Source of the DNA: Nitrospirales bacterium
GTDB taxonomy: Bacteria; Nitrospirota; Nitrospiria; Nitrospirales; UBA8639
Assembly: GCA_965203295.1 (NCBI GenBank)
Contig: CBDBCZ010000018.1
Location: 1,600,001 to 1,664,000 of the forward strand
DNA: 64,000 nucleotides
Direction of reading: 5' to 3'
The notes beneath the pieces are model-generated. The model saw only the letters and a list, made by a program, of their open reading frames with translations. It ran no database searches and had not been told where the DNA came from. This document shows positions 59,243-64,000 of this stretch, one piece after another (the stretch's first letter is position 1; each line of letters starts with the position of its first letter). The translations under genes and the position numbers were made by a program.

Positions 59243-61612
59243 TCTACCATCCCTACATCTTTCCAACCACACCCACCACAATCGCATATATATATGTGAG
59301 ATGTGAATAGTTGTAGTATAATTTGGGTAAAGTATAGATTGAGTGTTGTTGAGTGTGTTGTATGGTGGTTGATGTTGTGAGGAATCGCTCTGCTTAGTTT
59401 GTGCTTGTGAATGTGGGATTCGTGGAGTGAAGTGAATTTTATGGGAGTAGCTAGCGTTCCTATGAAGGTTTGGGTTGGCTGTAGTGTGGGGTGCTGTGTT
59501 TTATGATGTAGCTATGTAATGTTTGTGGATAAGGATGTAAGGGTGGTATATATATGATAGTGATGATTGTGGATGGTTGTGTGTGTTGAAGGAAGTATTG
59601 GGTGTGCATGTAAAGTACGGGGGCAAGGTACGGATTGTGGTGGGTGTGGTTGGAAAGATGTAGGGATGGTAGCTACGCATTGAGCTGTGATGTGTGGATT
59701 GTCTGTGCACGCATTGCGATGTGCATTGTTGCTTGTTTCATTGGTTTTTGGGGAAATGTTTTTTGGTGAAAGTCCATCCCTACATTACTTGTTTTTGCAC
59801 TTTTTGGCAAAGTGCTTTTTCTGTAACTTGTTTTGGGCGTTTTTTTGGGAAGTGGTAACAAATGTGTATGTGTATAAATGTGTGCAGTAGATGGTATTGG
59901 AATGGAATGTGTTTGAGGATGTGTGTAGTATAGGTTTCGATTTGTACTCCAGTCAGCATTAGGAAGGCCTTCGCCTGCATGTGCATGGGGGGGGGGGGGG
60001 GGGGGGGGGTGAGGTCTCTTGTCAAGGTCAGCTATGTAACTGGTACGTGAGGCTGCCCATTTCTTGTCAAGGTCAACACTACTCCTAGCGCAGGAAGTTG
60101 CTCTAGCAGCTGCTTTTATACTTTGTCGGTTTTGAATGTACATTGTTTATTCTGGGCCCTCTTTCATAAATGTATAAACCTTGCTTTCATGCACGATCGA
60201 AGGTAGGCTTTAAATAGACCAACACGTGCTGGCAGGCAGTCATCTTACCATAAAATGGCCTGTAAGTGGCAAGTGTCCACTCGAGAGTGTTCCTTGTTAC
60301 TACTAAACTGATTCGATTTCTTTGACAACGCTATGCCCGAAAGGCACTACCCGAGGGTCAATCATGCCCGTTCGTATTGGAATCTTTTTATCGCTTCACT
60401 CATTATCGTGCTAGTTTGACTGAATTAAGGATTATCTGACTAAGATGAAGATAGACCATTCGGCGGTTTTAACCACTTGCTGCTTTGGTACTTCAAAGAT
60501 GTTCTTAAGCAGTGCTAACAGCCTGGTTAGTGATGACAACGCTCCAAAATAAGTGATACATAGGCTTCATATTAGTCCTAGACTATACCTACAGCAGAGT
60601 ACTAAACATGTCATTTTAATGGGGAGGCCAGGGCCATCCCTACATATGGAATAGTACCGTACTCCATGATGTTGAACTGCAAATTATCACCAAGGACAAT
60701 TATATGTATTGCAGTTTCTAGTGTCACAAAGACAAATAGCTGCCTGCATGCCTCCTCCAGTAGAGTAAGTGAGGGGGTGTCCGGATGGTAGGGGTTGCTC
60801 GGACACCAAGGCTTTTCCGCCTGTGCTCGTATTTAACAGCAAATGTATTTCGTTCGGTGGGCCTTTCTGTCTGCCCTTGTTATGTATTGTGAGCTACTGT
60901 TTCCTTGTGTATGTCCGGACAATTCCATGCACCCTTTGGACACCCCCTTACTTCAGTAGCTAGCTACCCTACTACTAAAATAATACTATCAGCCATGTGA
61001 GTCAGTGTATTGTAGCTAAATTTTCGGGTGACTTACAAAGTGATGAACCAGGAGATGCAGCTCAGGCCCGGACAGCTGGCACGATCAAAGGTAGGCGTTA
61101 AATAGACGAACACGCGACACCCACGCGAAAGGGGCGGTTACTAAATTCCGAAACCGAACGGAACAGAACAGTAGCCATTAAATGGCGTGGAACGGCAAGC
61201 GTCCACTCGAGAGTACTCGTGAATCACTGCTGAACCTGTTCGGTTTCTTTGAAAACGTTATGCTACGAGTGCAATACCCCGGGGAATATCTAGCTTGTTC
61301 GCGCTTGAATTATTGTGATTGCTTCTGCCATTATTGTGCTAGCCTGGCTGAAGAAACAAAGAAGAATTAGTCCATTACGCCCCGCCCCCCCAGTGTAGCG
61401 ACTTGCCGGTCTAGTACTCCAGCGAAGCTTTCCAGAACCGCTAACAGTCTTGTTGCTGATGAAAACACTCGAGATGTCATGGTATGGGTCATAAAAGCCT
61501 ATGACTATAATCAGAGGCGAGTTTTGAACGTATGATTTTGTACGCGTTATATGGGGCCGCCATTTTTTCCTGTGCCATCCCTACATATGGAGTACTACCG
61601 TACTCCATGATA
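59243..61612 (+). mobile_element. Helentron/HINE-like non-autonomous sequence with two tandem diverged 3' ends
   Basis: ccatccctacat followed by hairpin atggagtac-tacc-gtactccat at ~60635-60668 and ~61576-61609. 60190-60545 and 61078-61470 are diverged direct repeats. The motif or its complement also occurs at 59247, 59658 and 59774. Confidence 0.55.
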
Positions 61613-63617
61613 AGCCAATATGAACACGTGTCCAGAGTCCGCATTTGCTCAGCCCCCATCGTATTCTAGTTGTGACTGAATTAAAAATGTGGACTCTATC
61701 GTCAGTAAATAAGAAATGTGATGAATAGAACCGTCCCTAGTTCACATATATTCATTTTTTAGGGGATTTCAATGTAACTGTTGGGTTTAGCAATCGCTTA
61801 ACAGTATAAATCGCGAGAAAGAGACAGACTGAATCAAGTGACAGGTAACAAAGTAAATGCCAGCATACACAGTACCACCGTTGCAGTCTAGTGGGATATA
61901 AACCTTACAGTTGTACATATTCTACAGGTCGTGAAACATTAGTTAGCTCTAAGGGACTCATTTAACTACAGGTGATATGGGGCCATAGAACCAGGTGTAA
62001 TCCTACTCCAATAATTGGAGCTTGCATAGTCTATGAATGTGACATCCAAGCTGGAGTGTGAGACATGTGCCATGCTGGTTGATGCTGTGAAGAATACAGG
62101 AAGGTTGCCAGTAGTTGTAATACACCTGGATACACTGCATGCATTCTTCCCATCAATGCCCTGTTTATTAGCTTGCTGGGTACGTATATAGCTTCTGGTA
62201 ACGTCATGAATTGCCTGCATGACAATAGGAACGAGCATGTCATCAGTGACATTACTCCAATTATTTGAACTTTGAGGTTAGATCATCAAACTGGGTGGTT
62301 TCTTAATAAAAGTATCCTATGTTCTTTATCTATCTGATGGCCCATGGGATTTCTTGAACCACTAAGGCTGAGTAACTAAGACTTATAAGTGAGCAACAAC
62401 AGCCAGAGCAATATACAGATGCTTAAAGTACGATTTTAGCTTTGAGATACACATGTACAGCTAGATTTTCATCATGAAACCATGTTTGTCAGCCTATCTA
62501 GATGTACAGCTTCTGGAAGCCTTCATGAATTCACTATATTCTGCACAGTAAGATCCAGCATGGCACGTGTCACACTACTTCAATAATTGGAGCATGGATG
62601 CCATATGCTTATAGTTGATGCATGTCACATCCAAACTCCACACCCAGATGCTGCATCCATTCTGCACAGTAGAGTAAAACTGTTGCAGTCCAGTGGGGTA
62701 TATAAACCCTTACACGTTAGAAATTCTAGAGGTCATGAAACGTAAGAAACCACAGTGTATTTGTAAGGAACTCATTGATTTGCTGGACCATGAAACCAGG
62801 GATAATTAGCTATAAGTAGAGCTTATCAATGAATATCACATGCATACGCAGTGTACATCCATTGAAGTAAAGTGTTGTGTCACAGTTGTACCTACTGTGG
62901 AGAATACAGGAAGATTGCTAGAAGCTTTCCAAATCCTCACACCTACGTATATAAAACAAAGCCCGCCCTCTCCTAATTATTGAGTACACTAAAATCTTTA
63001 AAATCTTCCACCAACAGATTGTCTAAGTCTTCCATGAAAGTACTTCTAATAGTATCATACACAGGACACTCCCAGAGCACATGTACCATTCTTCCCCACA
63101 TAACTTACACTGCCTATCATCATTTTTACTCCTGATATCTTCATTCAGACCATTAGTACCAGACCTAAACTTAACATCAATCGCGTTCCTGAGTTTAACT
63201 TTACTATGTAAGCCATCATTAAAGTCTTTATATTCTCTGTATCTCAATGCTTCATCTACTCTCTCTAAAAGCAAGGCTACATCATAATCTAGGATCCTTA
63301 CCAAAGCTGTAGCACCCTTGGTGTTATGTCTGCAGGACTTGTATACAGTCTGGCCTGTAGTACTGTGTGGAAGAGATATACAGCTGGGTCCCGATTTTTT
63401 CGGGATTTCTTTACTCTCTCAGAAAGCTTTCTTCTCTTGAAGAGTTCACAATGTGAGTACTTAGTTTTCAGTTCTGTGTCTTTGGTGGTTTAATTACCCC
63501 GGTAGACTGATTCAGGCTAAGTTTGGGTGTAGCACGTTTCTCGTGTTTAGATGGGGGAGGGGCCTATAATGAGAGAGTAATTACAGTTGGAATTGGCTGG
63601 GTCCTACTGGCAAGTGC

Positions 63618-63808
63618 TACTAGCGGGTTTAGTGGCTACATAAAGCTTGCCTACTGCTCCTCTGCCAAGGGGGCTCCAGTAGTTCAATTGGTAAGAGCAT
63701 CTGACTAGTATTCAGAAGGTCCTGGGTTCAATCCCCAGCTGGGTCCCGATTTTTTCGGGATTTCTTTACTCTCTCAGAAAGCTTTCATCTCTTGAAGAGT
63801 TCACAATG
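63618..63808 (+). mobile_element. tRNA-Thr-like repeat (copy in duplication B)
   Basis: Near-identical to 22401-22591. Confidence 0.85.
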
Positions 63809-64000
63809 GTATTGTTGTGGTTACTGATATCAATGCTAGCTAGCCTTCCATATTACTTGTAGCAACATTGCATATATATGCTGAAAATCATGCATGCAGT
63901 ACTGCTACTGTTCTGTGCAGATAATTATACTTACACTTGTGCTATTATGTGATCACAAAATCTGGTTTGTTTTCTTCATTGAAACTCATCAGTGATAATT

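Larger units (their letters stand above)
56517..63997 (+). repeat. Segmental duplication copy B, with extra segments ~57920-58310, 59243-61610 and 62538-62945
   Basis: Collinear with 18223-22780. Confidence 0.95.

Overview
Eukaryotic, AT-rich, repeat-dense window with GT-AG introns. A demosponge origin is inferred from the gene families and repeat styles, not proven. No clearly intact host gene is present. Decayed or duplicated host genes: ATR kinase HEAT/UME exons (0.3-5.7 kb, two exons re-copied inverted at 10.4-10.6 kb), a SAMD3-like remnant, two copies of a secreted alpha-carbonic anhydrase with an extra C-terminal Cys/beta-rich module inside a segmental duplication (18.2-22.8 kb and 56.5-64 kb), a 'WNLDFFR' multi-pass membrane pseudogene plus a truncated paralog, and an apolipoprotein-L pseudogene whose last exon recurs in an oppositely oriented tandem array (39.2-50.0 kb). 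Mobile DNA: a spliced IS3EU-like DDE transposase, a Ginger1-type MITE (CCGG TSD) nested in an Academ-type MITE (9-bp TSD), piggyBac- and pogo-type MITEs, a 1-kb foldback element, LINE fragments, a DIRS/Ngaro RNaseH + tyrosine recombinase remnant, Helentron-like ends, tRNA-Thr-like repeats and a ~93-bp satellite. The most striking signal is a set of sequence-dissimilar long hairpins that share a strand-asymmetric architecture (C-GNA-G triloop and tandem GA/GA mismatches, with an internal/terminal inverted repeat in two elements). One of these elements is a clean insertion relative to empty paralogous sites in the same window. All homology calls are from recognition by eye; no searches were run.
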